Part shown: positions 53,540-64,000 of the stretch, piece after piece | Position numbering within the stretch: the first letter of the stretch is position 1 | Layout of the letters: each line of letters begins with the position of its first letter | Source of the DNA: Salibacteraceae bacterium | GTDB taxonomy: Bacteria; Bacteroidota; Bacteroidia; Flavobacteriales_G; Salibacteraceae | Length of the DNA stretch: 64,000 nucleotides | NCBI GenBank assembly: GCA_965658375.1 | Contig: CBFHSD010000009.1 | Coordinates: 229-64,228, forward strand | Reading direction: 5' to 3' | Made by a program: the position numbers and the translations under genes | The notes under the pieces: model-generated | The model's database searches: none | The model's input: the letters and a program-made list of their open reading frames with translations, nothing else | Told to the model about the DNA's origin: nothing

Positions 53540-56395
53540 ATGGCATTCGAACGCTTTGAGACACGCCACATAGGCCCTAGTGAAGGTGACACACAAGAGA
53601 TGTTGAACACCATTGGAGTAAAATCCATTGAGGAATTGGTTTACGAGACCATTCCGGATAACATCAAATTGAAGAAAGAACTCGACCTTGACGTTGCAAT
53701 GTCTGAGTTTGAATACGACAAACACATTGAAGAGCTCGCAGCTCAAAATCAATCGTTTAAGTCATACATTGGTTTAGGATACTACGGCACAATTACGCCA
53801 GCACCCATACGTAGAAATGTACTCGAAAACCCAGGTTGGTACACGGCATATACACCGTACCAAGCAGAAATTGCTCAGGGTAGATTAGAGGCGCTTTTGA
53901 ACTTCCAGACCATGGTGATGGATTTTACAGGTATGGAAATGGCAAACGCCTCATTGCTAGATGAATCTACTGCAGGAGCAGAAGCCATGTTGATGTTCTT
54001 TCACTCAAGAAGTAGAAAGCAAATCAAAGCTGGAGTAAATAAATTCTTTGTTTCAGACTTAGTTTACCCTCAAACAAAAGATGTACTTATTGGAAGAGCG
54101 GAGCCATTAGGAATTGAGATCGAATTCGGAAATCATGAGACTTTCTCTGCTGACGAATCTTATTTCGGTGCTATTGTGCAATATCCAGCGTCCAACGGTG
54201 AAGTGTACAACTACAAAAGCTTTACAGAAAACTGTCAAGCCGTTGGCCTAAGTGTAAGCGTTGCTGCAGATATTATGTCTTTAGCGTTGCTTGAAGCACC
54301 GGGAGTATGGGGTGTTGATTGTGTATTTGGATCTACACAAAGATTTGGAGTTCCTATGGGATACGGTGGACCTCATGCAGCTTATTTCGCAACCAAAGAA
54401 GCGTATAAAAGAAACCTTCCAGGTAGAATTATTGGGGCCTCCATAGATAAACAAGGAAAGCCAGGCTTTAGAATGGCGCTTCAAACACGTGAGCAACACA
54501 TTAGAAGAGATAAAGCAACATCTAACATTTGCACTGCTCAAGCTCTTTTAGCGGTCATGGCTTCATTCTACACCGTTTATCACGGAGCAAGTGGTATCAA
54601 AAATATTGCTACTAGAATTCATAGCAACACGAAACGTTTGGCCAACGCATTGAGTAAAGGCGGATTGAAGGTAACTACAGAAGAGTACTTCGACACGATT
54701 ACACTTGCTACAGATAATGCCACTTTAAACAGCATTCGCCAAGTAGCTGAAGCGCATAAAATGAACTTTTTCTACACCAAAGATGGCGTAAGCATTAGCT
54801 TGGATGAAACCGTTACAGAAGGCGAACTAGAAACTTTGGCTTCCATTTTTGCCGAAGCGAGTAAAGCTTCTATTCAGTTGGAAGCGAGTGCTGAAAACGA
54901 AATCATTCGTACGGCTAGAACTACTGAGTATTTGACACACCCTGTTTTCAACAGCTATAGAAGCGAAAGTGACTTGATGAGATACATCAAAAAACTTGAG
55001 AACAGAGACCTGAGCTTAATGCATAGTATGATTTCATTGGGTTCTTGCACCATGAAATTAAATGCCGCAACAGAGCTTTACCCAATCTCTAATCCCGCAT
55101 TTGCAAACGTTCATCCATTTGTACCGAAAACTCAAGTTCAAGGATATCAAATTATGCTTGATCAACTCGGTAAAGATTTATCAGAAATCACCGGATTTGC
55201 TGATATGTCTTTCCAACCAAACTCAGGAGCACAAGGCGAGTATACAGGGTTGATGGTGATACGAGCTTACCACAGATCAAGAGGAGATGAACAGAGAAAC
55301 ATTTGCTTGATCCCTTCTTCGGCACATGGTACAAACCCAGCATCAGCTGTTATGGCAGGAATGAAGGTAGTTGTTGTAGCCTGCGATGAACAAGGAAACA
55401 TTGACGTTGCAGATTTAAAAGCTAAAGCTGAAGAACACAGCAATGAGCTTTCTGCATTGATGGTTACTTACCCATCTACTCACGGAGTATTTGAAGCAAG
55501 CATCACAGAAATCATGGATATTATCCATGAGAATGGAGGCCAAGTATATATGGACGGGGCAAACATGAATGCCCAAGTAGGACTTACCTCTCCAGGCTTT
55601 ATTGGCGCTGATGTTTGTCATCTCAACTTGCATAAAACTTTTGCTATTCCTCACGGTGGTGGTGGCCCTGGAATGGGACCTATTGGTGTGGTAAAACACC
55701 TTGTTCCATTCTTACCCAAGCACCCAGTAATTGAAACAGGTGGAGAGCACGGAATTGCTGCTATTTCTGGAGCGCCATTTGGTTCAGCATTGATCTTATT
55801 GATATCTTACGGCTACATTAAATTACTTGGAACAAAAGGTGTAACGAACGCAACCAAGTACGCTATTTTAAATGCGAATTACCTAAAGAGTAAACTAGAA
55901 GGTGCCTACCCTGTGCTTTACAAAGGAAACGCTGGCCGTATTGCGCATGAAATGATTCTTGACTGCAGAATGTTCAAGAAAGAAAAAGGAATTGAAGTGG
56001 AAGATATCGCAAAGCGATTGATTGATTATGGATTCCACGCTCCTACGGTTTCTTTCCCGGTTGCAGGAACCCTCATGATTGAGCCGACTGAAAGTGAATC
56101 AAAAGATGAACTAGACCGTTTTTCCGAAGCCATGATTGCCATTCGCGGAGAGGTTGAAGCCATTTTGAATGACGAAATGGATGCGACAATCAATCCATTG
56201 AAAAACGCTCCGCATACCGCAGAGGTTGTAACTGCTGATGAATGGGAATTTCCATATACCAGAAGCAAAGCGGCCTATCCTTTACCTTATCTAAAGGATG
56301 TGAAATTCTGGCCATTTGTTGGACGTGTTGACAATGCCTACGGAGACCGGAATTTAGTATGTAGCTGTTTGCCAATGGAGGCGTATGAAAGCTAA
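53540..56395 (+). CDS. gcvP: glycine dehydrogenase (decarboxylating), single-chain P-protein
   Basis: Motifs [14 protein letters not shown] and [18 protein letters not shown] (PLP Lys). 951 aa. Confidence 0.95.
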   Translation: MAFERFETRHIGPSEGDTQEMLNTIGVKSIEELVYETIPDNIKLKKELDLDVAMSEFEYDKHIEELAAQNQSFKSYIGLGYYGTITPAPIRRNVLENPGWYTAYTPYQAEIAQGRLEALLNFQTMVMDFTGMEMANASLLDESTAGAEAMLMFFHSRSRKQIKAGVNKFFVSDLVYPQTKDVLIGRAEPLGIEIEFGNHETFSADESYFGAIVQYPASNGEVYNYKSFTENCQAVGLSVSVAADIMSLALLEAPGVWGVDCVFGSTQRFGVPMGYGGPHAAYFATKEAYKRNLPGRIIGASIDKQGKPGFRMALQTREQHIRRDKATSNICTAQALLAVMASFYTVYHGASGIKNIATRIHSNTKRLANALSKGGLKVTTEEYFDTITLATDNATLNSIRQVAEAHKMNFFYTKDGVSISLDETVTEGELETLASIFAEASKASIQLEASAENEIIRTARTTEYLTHPVFNSYRSESDLMRYIKKLENRDLSLMHSMISLGSCTMKLNAATELYPISNPAFANVHPFVPKTQVQGYQIMLDQLGKDLSEITGFADMSFQPNSGAQGEYTGLMVIRAYHRSRGDEQRNICLIPSSAHGTNPASAVMAGMKVVVVACDEQGNIDVADLKAKAEEHSNELSALMVTYPSTHGVFEASITEIMDIIHENGGQVYMDGANMNAQVGLTSPGFIGADVCHLNLHKTFAIPHGGGGPGMGPIGVVKHLVPFLPKHPVIETGGEHGIAAISGAPFGSALILLISYGYIKLLGTKGVTNATKYAILNANYLKSKLEGAYPVLYKGNAGRIAHEMILDCRMFKKEKGIEVEDIAKRLIDYGFHAPTVSFPVAGTLMIEPTESESKDELDRFSEAMIAIRGEVEAILNDEMDATINPLKNAPHTAEVVTADEWEFPYTRSKAAYPLPYLKDVKFWPFVGRVDNAYGDRNLVCSCLPMEAYES

Positions 56396-56417
56396 GTAAA
56401 CACCATATTTTTTTACG

Positions 56418-56447
56418 AAAAGCTCCAATTTTATTGGAGCTTTTTTT
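56418..56447 (+). terminator. rho-independent terminator after gcvP
   Basis: AAAGCTCCAAT-tttat-ATTGGAGCTTT hairpin followed by TTTT. Confidence 0.8.
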
Positions 56448-56464
56448 ATTGTTGCCTCTAAACA

Positions 56465-56495
56465 TTGCCCTCAGCATATAATTAAATTATATTTG
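56465..56495 (+). promoter_or_regulatory. Bacteroidota-type promoter (-33 TTG, -7 TATATTTG)
   Basis: TTG at 56465-56467, a 20-nt spacer, then TATATTTG at 56488-56495. The ATG is at 56524. Confidence 0.45.
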
Positions 56496-56523
56496 GACGT
56501 AAATTTTAAATGAACTTGCTATT

Positions 56524-59349
56524 ATGAAGAGATTATTACTATCGGTATTAGCGTTGTGTTCAGGAACAGCTTTATTTGCGCAAAATGTGCAAAGAGCCCC
56601 TATTGAACCAATAGCTAATTTCAGCCAGCCAAGCAATTTAGCTCCAACATCTAATGCCACGTCTATACGTGCAAATGGTGGACCTATTATAGCTGCTGCA
56701 GGCGACACACTTTATCACGAAACTTTCGGTAACGGTTTAGCCGGTGACGGAACAAATGGTTCTTGGACCAACCAAGGCTCACCAACTGCAGCTGTTTGGG
56801 AGTATAGAGGGGTGAATACCTCTCCAGCGAACACACTTGGTTCACAAGGTGCTTATGCAGGTAACCCTGGAGCAGGAGGAACAGTTCCGATCGCTTCTAC
56901 AACAACAGCTAATGGATTCGTAATTTTTGATTCTGACTATTTAGATAATGGTGGAAGCTCAACAAACATGGGGAATGGTCCTGCGCCAACACCACACACT
57001 GGTCAATTGATTTCTCCAGTAATGGACTTAAGTAGCTATAACGAAGTATTGATTCGTTTAGAAGTGAAGTACAGAAGATTCGTTTCTGACCTTTATGTGG
57101 TTTTCTCTAGTGATGGTGGAACAACTTGGCCAGATTCTGTATTAGTTTATGGTGACGCTGCTGGAACTCCAACAAACTCTCCTCACACTGATGCAGTATA
57201 CACAAACTATGTGTCTAGCTTTATTGGTGGTTCAAACAACGCAAGAATGAAATTATTCTTTGACGGTGTTGAGTCTCATGGTAACACAAATGGTTCTGGG
57301 TACTACTATGCTATGGTAGATGATATTACTGTAATGTCTGCTCCTGACAATGATTTGGTATTGAACGAAAGACAATATCACTCTACATTTGATACTGGGC
57401 ATGCCAATCATTACACGGTGATCCCGAAAGAACAAGCAATGGAAGATTCAATCTACTTTGCTGGCATCATGTCTAACAGAGGTTCTGCTTCTCAGCCAAA
57501 TGCGAGAATGGATGTTGACATTACAACACCTTTAGGAAATACTTTCACTGTTTCCTCAGGAACTGTTACTTCAACTCCAGGGTCTGTGGATTCTGTAACA
57601 ACTACACCTTACACCATCTTCAATATGGGTACAGGTACTTTTGATCTTGATTTCATTGCAACTTCTGACTCTACGGATGATGTGCCCAATGACAATGCGA
57701 TTTCTGAAACAATTACTATTTCTGATACAGTATATGCTCGTGATAATGATGTATACACAGGTGGTGGTAGATGGTACGGTACTGGACAGAATTACGAAAT
57801 CGGGCCAATGTTCCGTTTGTTCCGTGGAGATACAGCAAAATCAATTGATGTATTGTTCCAAGGAAGCACTCAAGTTGGTGCGATTGTTTCTCTTCACATT
57901 TATGATGCTACATTAACTACACCTGTAGTTTCTAGAACATTCATTACGTTAACAGCAAATGATATCGATCAGTGGACAACTTTCGATATTACTGATACTT
58001 ACTTAACAGCGGGAGATTACATCGTTACTTTCGAAACATTCTCTGATTCTGTATTGTGGGCAGTAACTGACTTTACTTCAGAAGCCGATCCTCAAACTGT
58101 TTTTGTTGATCCTGACAACTCTGGTACTTGGTTCTTTACAACAGGTGGTGGTATCCCATTCATTCGTTTGAACGTTGCTGGAACTCAATGTCCAAACATC
58201 ACAGGTTCTATCCTTTCTTCTACTAACCCTTCTTGTGGTGGTACAGACGGTATGGTTTCTTTGGCTGCTTCTGGTTCAACTGCATCACCTTATGTTTACA
58301 CATGGCCTGATGGAACAACTGGAGCAATGAAGAGTAACTTAGGAGCTGGTTCTTACACAGTAACTGTTTCTGATAACAACAACTGCTCTACTGCTATTCC
58401 AGTTTCTTTATCTAACACAGGTGGGCCTGCTGTAGATTCTGATGCAGTATCAGACATAACATGTAACGGAGACGCTGATGGTAGCATCGTTGTAAACAGT
58501 GCTGCTGCTCAAAGTTTTGCATGGTCTAACGGAACTACTGGAAACTCTGTTTCTAACTTAGATGCTGGAACATACAGTGTTACCATGACAGGTGCTGGTG
58601 GTTGTGTAGGTATTGAAACTTACATTATTACTGAGCCTTCTGAGATTTTATCTTCAGGTTCAACAACCGATTTGGATTGCTTTGGTGATGCCAACGGTGC
58701 TGTGAACATTTCAGTTTCTGGTGGTACTCCAACGTACACATACAGCTGGTCTGGTCCTGGTGGATTCACTTCTACAGATGAAAACATTGCTTCTTTAGGT
58801 GGTGGTACTTATGACCTTACTATTACTGACGATAACGGATGTGAGGCAACAGAATCATTTACTGTAAATGAGCCTAGTGAATTGACTGCAACTGTATCTA
58901 CAGATGACATCAACGGATCTGCTTCTATCATCGCTTCTGGTGGTACTCAGCCTTACACTTACTTATGGTCTAACGCTGAAACTGGATCTAGTGCTAGTCT
59001 TGGAGCTGGAACACACTCTGTAACTGTAACTGATGACAATGGTTGTGAAACTGTAGAATCAGGTATCGTTATCTCAGGATTTGAAGAATTGTCAGCTAGC
59101 GCTGCTGTATCTGCATTCCCTAATCCTACAAATGGTGAGTTAAACGTTCAGTTTGCAAACGCTGTGAAAGGTGTTTACACAATTGAAGTAACGAACTTGG
59201 TAGGACAGACAGTGTTTACTAAAAACGTAACTGTAAGTGGTAGCTCTAACGTTCGTATCGATTTAACAAACGAAACAAACGGAGTTTACTTCTTAAGCAT
59301 AGAAGATGAAGACGGGAACAGAGGTTCTCAGAAAATCATCGTTGAGTAA
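56524..59349 (+). CDS. large secreted protein: MAM/choice-of-anchor-J-like N-region, about four SprB repeats and a T9SS type-A sorting domain
   Basis: Signal peptide MKRLLLSVLALCSGTALFAQ. SprB-type units such as LDCFGDANGAVNISVSGGTPTYTYSWSG. The C-terminal domain is described two features below. Confidence 0.8.
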   Translation: MKRLLLSVLALCSGTALFAQNVQRAPIEPIANFSQPSNLAPTSNATSIRANGGPIIAAAGDTLYHETFGNGLAGDGTNGSWTNQGSPTAAVWEYRGVNTSPANTLGSQGAYAGNPGAGGTVPIASTTTANGFVIFDSDYLDNGGSSTNMGNGPAPTPHTGQLISPVMDLSSYNEVLIRLEVKYRRFVSDLYVVFSSDGGTTWPDSVLVYGDAAGTPTNSPHTDAVYTNYVSSFIGGSNNARMKLFFDGVESHGNTNGSGYYYAMVDDITVMSAPDNDLVLNERQYHSTFDTGHANHYTVIPKEQAMEDSIYFAGIMSNRGSASQPNARMDVDITTPLGNTFTVSSGTVTSTPGSVDSVTTTPYTIFNMGTGTFDLDFIATSDSTDDVPNDNAISETITISDTVYARDNDVYTGGGRWYGTGQNYEIGPMFRLFRGDTAKSIDVLFQGSTQVGAIVSLHIYDATLTTPVVSRTFITLTANDIDQWTTFDITDTYLTAGDYIVTFETFSDSVLWAVTDFTSEADPQTVFVDPDNSGTWFFTTGGGIPFIRLNVAGTQCPNITGSILSSTNPSCGGTDGMVSLAASGSTASPYVYTWPDGTTGAMKSNLGAGSYTVTVSDNNNCSTAIPVSLSNTGGPAVDSDAVSDITCNGDADGSIVVNSAAAQSFAWSNGTTGNSVSNLDAGTYSVTMTGAGGCVGIETYIITEPSEILSSGSTTDLDCFGDANGAVNISVSGGTPTYTYSWSGPGGFTSTDENIASLGGGTYDLTITDDNGCEATESFTVNEPSELTATVSTDDINGSASIIASGGTQPYTYLWSNAETGSSASLGAGTHSVTVTDDNGCETVESGIVISGFEELSASAAVSAFPNPTNGELNVQFANAVKGVYTIEVTNLVGQTVFTKNVTVSGSSNVRIDLTNETNGVYFLSIEDEDGNRGSQKIIVE
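58187..59075 (+). repeat. intragenic SprB-type repeats (C-x-G-x2-(D/N)G ... GG-x2-(P/T)Y-x-Y-x-W), about four copies
   Basis: Seen in the translation as PSCGGTDGMVSL..SPYVYTW, ITCNGDADGSIVV, LDCFGDANGAVNI..PTYTYSW and INGSASIIASGGTQPYTYLW. Boundaries are approximate. Confidence 0.6.
59110..59346 (+). other. T9SS type-A (Por_Secre_tail) sorting domain
   Basis: Reads SAFPNPTNGELNVQF...GVYTIEVTNLVGQTVF...NGVYFLSIEDEDG over the last 79 aa. Confidence 0.75.
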
Positions 59350-59372
59350 TCTCAACATCATAAAATAGTAAA

Positions 59373-59402
59373 AGCCCCCGTCAAATGACAGGGGCTTTTT
59401 TT
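59373..59402 (+). terminator. rho-independent terminator, possibly shared with convergent mlaF
   Basis: AGCCCCCGTC-aaat-GACAGGGGCT hairpin (one mismatch) followed by TTTTTTTT. Confidence 0.75.
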
Positions 59403-59425
59403 GTCTAAAAATTTTTAAAGCTGCT

Positions 59426-60184
59426 TTATCTTCTCGATTGATCTCGTAGCTTCTTCATAAACTTAGAAGCGTATACAAAGTCCACCACGTTCTTATTCTC
59501 CGTAGTTAAGATATCTTCTTTAGATCCGGTCCAGCACATCTCTCCTTTGTAAATGAAAAAGAGGTTATCACCAATCTCGAGAACAGAATTCATATCGTGA
59601 GTAATCACCATAGTTGTGGTTTGAAACTCATGGGTGATCTCTGCAATCAATTGATCAATAATGATGCTTGTTTGTGGATCTAAGCCAGAGTTTGGCTCAT
59701 CACAAAACAGGTATTTCGGATTCATTGAAATAGCTCTTGCAATTGCCACTCGCTTTTTCATTCCACCAGAAAGCTCGGCAGGGTAAAGTTTATGTGCATC
59801 ACTTAGCTGAACACGGTCTAAGCAGAAGTCCACGCGCTTATTCATCTCGCCAGCAGTTTGTTTGGTAAACATCTGCAATGGAAAACGAATATTCTCTTCT
59901 ACGCTTAACGAATCGAATAATGCACCTCCTTGAAAAAGAAAACCTATCTCCTGACGAATCGATTTTTGTTCATCGAAATTCAATCCAAGAAAGTCTTGCT
60001 GGCCATAAAGCACTTTGCCTTGCTCAGGTTGAAGTAAACCAACCATGCATTTTGTAAGTGTGGTTTTACCAGAGCCACTGGCCCCAATAATGAGGTTGCA
60101 TTTCCCCTTTTCGAAGGTGCAATTGATGTCGTTCAGCACTTTTCTATCTCCAAAAGACTTATCTAATTGTTGAACTTCAATCAT
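59426..60184 (-). CDS. mlaF: ABC transporter ATP-binding protein, MlaF-like
   Basis: Walker A GASGSGKTT, signature LSGGMKKR and Walker B LFCDEP. Located immediately downstream of the MlaE-type permease. Confidence 0.8.
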   Translation of the reverse strand: MIEVQQLDKSFGDRKVLNDINCTFEKGKCNLIIGASGSGKTTLTKCMVGLLQPEQGKVLYGQQDFLGLNFDEQKSIRQEIGFLFQGGALFDSLSVEENIRFPLQMFTKQTAGEMNKRVDFCLDRVQLSDAHKLYPAELSGGMKKRVAIARAISMNPKYLFCDEPNSGLDPQTSIIIDQLIAEITHEFQTTTMVITHDMNSVLEIGDNLFFIYKGEMCWTGSKEDILTTENKNVVDFVYASKFMKKLRDQSRR

Positions 60185-60924
60185 TAAATCAGAATCAAAT
60201 TGGTGATGAAATAATTGCTGATAAGTATAGCAATGCTGCTTACTACTACAGAACGTGTACTCGCCTTTCCTACCTCCACGGATCCACCTTTAACGTAATA
60301 ACCAAAAAAGGCAGGAACACTTGTTATGATAAAAGCAAAAACTAAGGTCTTGGCAATGGCATATGAATAGTGAAAAGGTCTAAAATCTAGTTGTATGCCT
60401 AATTCATAATCTGCAATTGTAATGAGGCCCGTCCAAGCGGATACAACATAGCCTCCGAGAATTCCCAATGCCATGCTAATCGTTATTAAGAAAGGGTTAA
60501 AGAGTACACAAGCCACCACCTTTGGCAATATGAGGTAGTTGGCAGAATTGATTCCCATAATATCTAGGGCATCTATTTGTTCTGTAACTCTCATCGTTCC
60601 AAGCTCTGAGGCAATGCTAGAGCCAACTTTTCCAACTAGAATAAGTGCAAGAATGGTGGGCGAAAACTCTAAAATAACTGATTGACGTGTCGCAAAACCT
60701 ACGGTGTATGCGGGTATCAACCCACCATCTATGTTAGATGCCGTTTGGATAGTGATTACAGCACCCATAAACACAGAAATAACCGCTATTATTGGCAAAC
60801 TATCTATCCCGAGCAAGTTCATTTCTACAAATACTCTCTTGAAGAAAGGACGCCATTGAATTGGCCTTCTCAGCACCAATCCCAATAAATTTAAATATTG
60901 CCCTAATCCAAATAGGTATTTCAT
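60184..60924 (-). CDS. mlaE: MlaE-family ABC transporter permease
   Basis: 246 aa with multiple TM helices. Motif ELGTMRVTEQIDALDIMGIN is typical of MlaE/Ttg2B. Confidence 0.8.
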   Translation of the reverse strand: MKYLFGLGQYLNLLGLVLRRPIQWRPFFKRVFVEMNLLGIDSLPIIAVISVFMGAVITIQTASNIDGGLIPAYTVGFATRQSVILEFSPTILALILVGKVGSSIASELGTMRVTEQIDALDIMGINSANYLILPKVVACVLFNPFLITISMALGILGGYVVSAWTGLITIADYELGIQLDFRPFHYSYAIAKTLVFAFIITSVPAFFGYYVKGGSVEVGKASTRSVVVSSIAILISNYFITNLILI

Positions 60925-61001
60925 AAAAGTTGGAGATATTTGAAGCGAAAATAGAGGATATCACAAGAAGTACAAGACTTGACTATAAATATCTACTGAC
61001 A

Positions 61002-61133
61002 ATGCATATGGCAAAAAAAATTGCGGCTATCGGTTTCATTCTGTTGATGAGTATCTCATTTCATGGATGTTCGGTTTTTAAAAAGAACAAGTGCACTCCA
61101 CCATGTCCAACCTGGGATAAAAAGAAGAAATAA
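61002..61133 (+). CDS. 43-aa small lipoprotein
   Basis: Reads MHMAKKIAAIGFILLMSISFHGCSVFKKNKCTPPCPTWDKKKK. Lipobox FHGC. The stop overlaps the next ATG by 1 nt. The track start at 60930 (TTG) is unlikely. Confidence 0.45.
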   Translation: MHMAKKIAAIGFILLMSISFHGCSVFKKNKCTPPCPTWDKKKK

Positions 61134-61744
61134 TGGACAAAGCAGCTTTTCAAGAAAAGTTGAAAGCTTATGTTCCAGAAAATGCGGTTGCTTATGCTGC
61201 AGATTTGTGTTATCAGCCAGATTTACAACTCACCATTTCAAGAGCTAGAGTAACTAAATTGGGAGATTACCGGTCTCCAAGAACAGAAGGCGCATTTCAC
61301 CGTATAAGTGTGAACCATGACTTAAACCCATATTCCTTTCTTATTACCCTTATTCACGAAATAGCCCATTACCAATGCACCAAAGAATTTGGACGAAAAG
61401 TAAAGCCCCATGGCAGTGAATGGAAGCACATATTCTCTGAATTATTGAAACCCGTGGTGGATGCATCAGTTTTTCCAAGAAATGTATTGATTGCGCTTGA
61501 GAAACATGTTCACAGCCCAAAGGCGTCAAGTTGTGCTGATCCTCTTTTGATCAGTGCTTTGAGTATTCATGACTCTGCGCCTTCTCTGCTATTACAAGAT
61601 CTGGAAGAAGGTGTGAAATTTCAACTTGAGAATGGAAGGAGCTTTGTTAAAGGTCATAAGCGAAGAACGCGTTTTGTGTGTACTGAGCTATTGAGTCATA
61701 AAAAGTTCCTTGTCGCTGGTATTGCCAAAGTGAAAAGAATATGA
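61133..61744 (+). CDS. SprT-like zinc-metalloprotease-fold protein
   Basis: HExxH motif in LIHEIAHYQC. 203 aa. Confidence 0.6.
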   Translation: MDKAAFQEKLKAYVPENAVAYAADLCYQPDLQLTISRARVTKLGDYRSPRTEGAFHRISVNHDLNPYSFLITLIHEIAHYQCTKEFGRKVKPHGSEWKHIFSELLKPVVDASVFPRNVLIALEKHVHSPKASSCADPLLISALSIHDSAPSLLLQDLEEGVKFQLENGRSFVKGHKRRTRFVCTELLSHKKFLVAGIAKVKRI

Positions 61745-61812
61745 AAATTTAAAGTTCATTGTACTTTATTATAACCAATAGCCACCTAATTTTGACGCGA
61801 ACAGAAGAGCAT

Positions 61813-62883
61813 ATGAAGAATTACTGCATTATTATGGCAGGAGGCGTTGGAAGCCGTTTCTGGCCCAAAAGCAAACAAAGCCTACCCAAACAATTTTTAG
61901 ATTTCCTTGGTACTGGAGAAACCCTGATTCAACAAACCTACAAGCGTTTTTCTTCTTTTGTAGATGATGAGAATTTTTTAGTAGTTACCAATGCGGCATA
62001 CAAAGATTTGGTTTTGGAACAATTGCCAGCACTCAACGAAAACCAAGTACTCTTAGAGCCGGAAATGCGGAATACGGCTCCTTGTATCGCTTATGCTGTT
62101 CACAAAATTGCCGCAATTGCAGATGATGCGAATCTCATCATTACCCCTGCTGATCATCTTATTTTAAGACAAGCAGCTTTTGAAACGGTCATGAAAAAAT
62201 GTTTGGCACACACAGCCAACAACAATGATTTGCTCACCTTGGGCATTACTCCTTCAAGACCAGATACAGGCTACGGCTACATTGAATCTGAAATGGGAGA
62301 AGGTGAAATCAAAAAAGTAAAACAGTTTAGAGAGAAACCGGATTTGGCCACAGCCAAAGAATTCATTTCTCAAGAAAACTTCAGTTGGAACTCTGGAATG
62401 TTTGTTTGGAGTTTAAAAACTATTCTGCAAAGTATCGAAAGAGACCTTCCCCAAATCAATTCACTTTTTGCTGCGGGTAAAGACCATTATCATACTTCTG
62501 AAGAACAAGCTTTTATTGATTCCATTTATCATGGTTGTGAGAGCATTAGCATTGACTACGGAATTATGGAAAAAGCTGACAATGTATTCACCATCAATGC
62601 TGATATTGGCTGGAGCGATTTAGGCACTTGGGGGTCTGTGTATACCTTAATGGATAAAGATGCTTCAAAGAATGCCGCAGTAGGAGATAAAATCCTATTG
62701 AATGAAGGAAGTGACAACCTGGTTCAATCCATTCCAGGAAAAGTAACTGTCATTGATGGCCTACATGATTTTATTGTGGTAGACACAAAAGAATCTTTGA
62801 TGATTATTCGGAAGGAAAAAGAACAAGAAATAAAACAGCTAAGGGCCAAGGTAGGCGAGCAGTTTGGAAATGATTTTATTTAA
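61813..62883 (+). CDS. manC: mannose-1-phosphate guanylyltransferase (NTP-transferase domain only)
   Basis: Motifs IIMAGGVGSRFWP, TPADHLI and GYGYIE. The ATG at 61813 (MKNYCII) is preferred. Confidence 0.8.
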   Translation: MKNYCIIMAGGVGSRFWPKSKQSLPKQFLDFLGTGETLIQQTYKRFSSFVDDENFLVVTNAAYKDLVLEQLPALNENQVLLEPEMRNTAPCIAYAVHKIAAIADDANLIITPADHLILRQAAFETVMKKCLAHTANNNDLLTLGITPSRPDTGYGYIESEMGEGEIKKVKQFREKPDLATAKEFISQENFSWNSGMFVWSLKTILQSIERDLPQINSLFAAGKDHYHTSEEQAFIDSIYHGCESISIDYGIMEKADNVFTINADIGWSDLGTWGSVYTLMDKDASKNAAVGDKILLNEGSDNLVQSIPGKVTVIDGLHDFIVVDTKESLMIIRKEKEQEIKQLRAKVGEQFGNDFI

Positions 62884-62887
62884 TAAT

Positions 62888-62916
62888 AAAGGGAAGCAAT
62901 TGCTTCCCTTTTTATT
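62888..62916. terminator. bidirectional rho-independent terminator between manC and fumC
   Basis: GGGAAGC-aatt-GCTTCCC perfect hairpin, flanked by an A-run and a T-run. Confidence 0.8.
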
Positions 62917-62917
62917 T

Positions 62918-64000
62918 TTAGATGTTTACCTCTCCAACCATTTCATGGGGCTTCACCCACTCATCAAATTCTTTTGACGTGAGGTATCCCAATTGAATAG
63001 CTTCTTCTTTCAATGTTGTTCCATTCTCGTAAGCTGTCTTGGCAATTTTAGCTGCTTTTTCATAACCAATCTTGGTATTCAAAGCGGTAACCAGCATCAG
63101 TGAATTATTGAGGTTCTTCTCAAGGTTCTCATGATTAGGCTCTATTCCTGCTGCACAATGATCATTAAAGCTTACACAAGCATCTCCAATTAATTGAGCA
63201 GATTGTAGAATATTGTAAGCCATAACAGGCTTAAACACATTCAATTCATAATGTCCTTGCGCACCACCAACAGTAACCGCCATTTGGTTCCCCATAACTT
63301 GTGCGCACACCATGGTTAATGCCTCAGACTGTGTAGGGTTTACTTTTCCTGGCATAATAGAAGATCCCGGCTCATTAGCAGGAATAATAATTTCTCCAAT
63401 TCCTGCTCTAGGACCCGAAGCTAATAGGCGAACATCATTTCCAATCTTGTTCAATGATACTGCTACCTGATTAAGTGCACCATGTGTCTCAACAAGTGCA
63501 TCATGTGCAGCTAAAGCTTCAAACTTATTCTCTGCTGTTATAAAAGGTAAGCCCGTGAATTTAGCAATATAATCAGCAACTTTTGGTGCATAGCCTAATG
63601 GTGTATTGATTCCTGTACCTACCGCTGTACCACCTAAAGCCAACTCTGATAAATGTGCCAAAGTATTGTTCAAGGCTTTTAACCCATGATTGAGCTGCGA
63701 CACGTAACCAGAGAATTCTTGACCTAAAGTCAAAGGAGTTGCGTCCATTAAATGTGTTCTGCCAATTTTTACAACATTCTTAAACTCTTTAGATTTTGCC
63801 TCTAAGGTATCTCTAAGCTTCTCAATTCCTGGGATGGTTGTTTCCACCAACTTCTTGTATACGGCAATGTGCATTCCGGTGGGGAACGTATCGTTGCTAG
63901 ATTGAGATTTATTGACATCATCATTCGGATGCAGAACACGGTCTCCTTTTCCTAATTCTCCTCCGTTTAATACCTGAGCGCGGTTTGCTACAACCTCATT
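62918..64000 (-). CDS. fumC: class II fumarate hydratase (partial; N-terminus lies beyond the window)
   Basis: Motifs [16 protein letters not shown] and [17 protein letters not shown]. The frame stays open from 63874 to the window edge at 64000. Confidence 0.9.
   Translation of the reverse strand, partial: NEVVANRAQVLNGGELGKGDRVLHPNDDVNKSQSSNDTFPTGMHIAVYKKLVETTIPGIEKLRDTLEAKSKEFKNVVKIGRTHLMDATPLTLGQEFSGYVSQLNHGLKALNNTLAHLSELALGGTAVGTGINTPLGYAPKVADYIAKFTGLPFITAENKFEALAAHDALVETHGALNQVAVSLNKIGNDVRLLASGPRAGIGEIIIPANEPGSSIMPGKVNPTQSEALTMVCAQVMGNQMAVTVGGAQGHYELNVFKPVMAYNILQSAQLIGDACVSFNDHCAAGIEPNHENLEKNLNNSLMLVTALNTKIGYEKAAKIAKTAYENGTTLKEEAIQLGYLTSKEFDEWVKPHEMVGEVNI

Noticed and set aside
1-64000. 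Searched by eye for CRISPR-like spaced repeats, IS/transposase, integrase, phage, toxin-antitoxin or known defence-system genes, and for rRNA, tmRNA, RNase P and SRP RNA motifs.
   Set aside because: I saw none. The only stable RNA gene is tRNA-Phe. All long ORFs are accounted for by housekeeping, envelope or hypothetical proteins.

Overview
This is a densely coding chromosomal segment of about 60 genes. It appears to come from a Bacteroidota genome, probably Flavobacteriia-like. The evidence for that is three proteins with type IX secretion (T9SS) C-terminal sorting domains, many lipoprotein signal peptides, TAnnTTTG -7 promoter boxes close to start codons, and almost no Shine-Dalgarno sequences.

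Most of the content is housekeeping:
- Envelope and LPS: lptC-like, kdsC-kdsA, mlaEF, manC, coaX.
- Central metabolism: icd, acs, fumC (partial), gcvP, hemL.
- NAD synthesis from tryptophan: kynureninase plus kynurenine 3-monooxygenase.
- Other core functions: rsmA, mgtE, one tRNA-Phe.
- Peptidases: M20, M20D, M16, S9.
- Glycoside hydrolases: two GH17 and one GH53.

I found no rRNA, CRISPR array, transposase, integrase, phage gene or recognisable defence gene. I could not identify a convincing novel multi-gene system.

The items most worth follow-up are:
1. An Omp85-type barrel fused to a TolB-like beta-propeller (42257-45541).
2. A five- or six-gene operon linking a half-size TauE, an M20D amidohydrolase, a Met-rich lipoprotein, SCO1, a membrane-anchored cytochrome c and a 48-aa tail-anchored peptide (38984-42247).
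3. A secreted protein with a caspase-like His/Cys pattern (35073-35846).
4. Two signal-less GH17 paralogues behind an alpha/alpha-toroid-like lipoprotein (25146-28542).
5. A Wzx-type flippase decayed by three in-frame stops and at least two frameshifts, still coupled to an intact sulfotransferase (19858-22094).
6. A K10 polypurine tract inside an S9 peptidase.
7. Several unannotated micro-ORFs.

All functional calls rest on motif recognition by eye. No database search was run.
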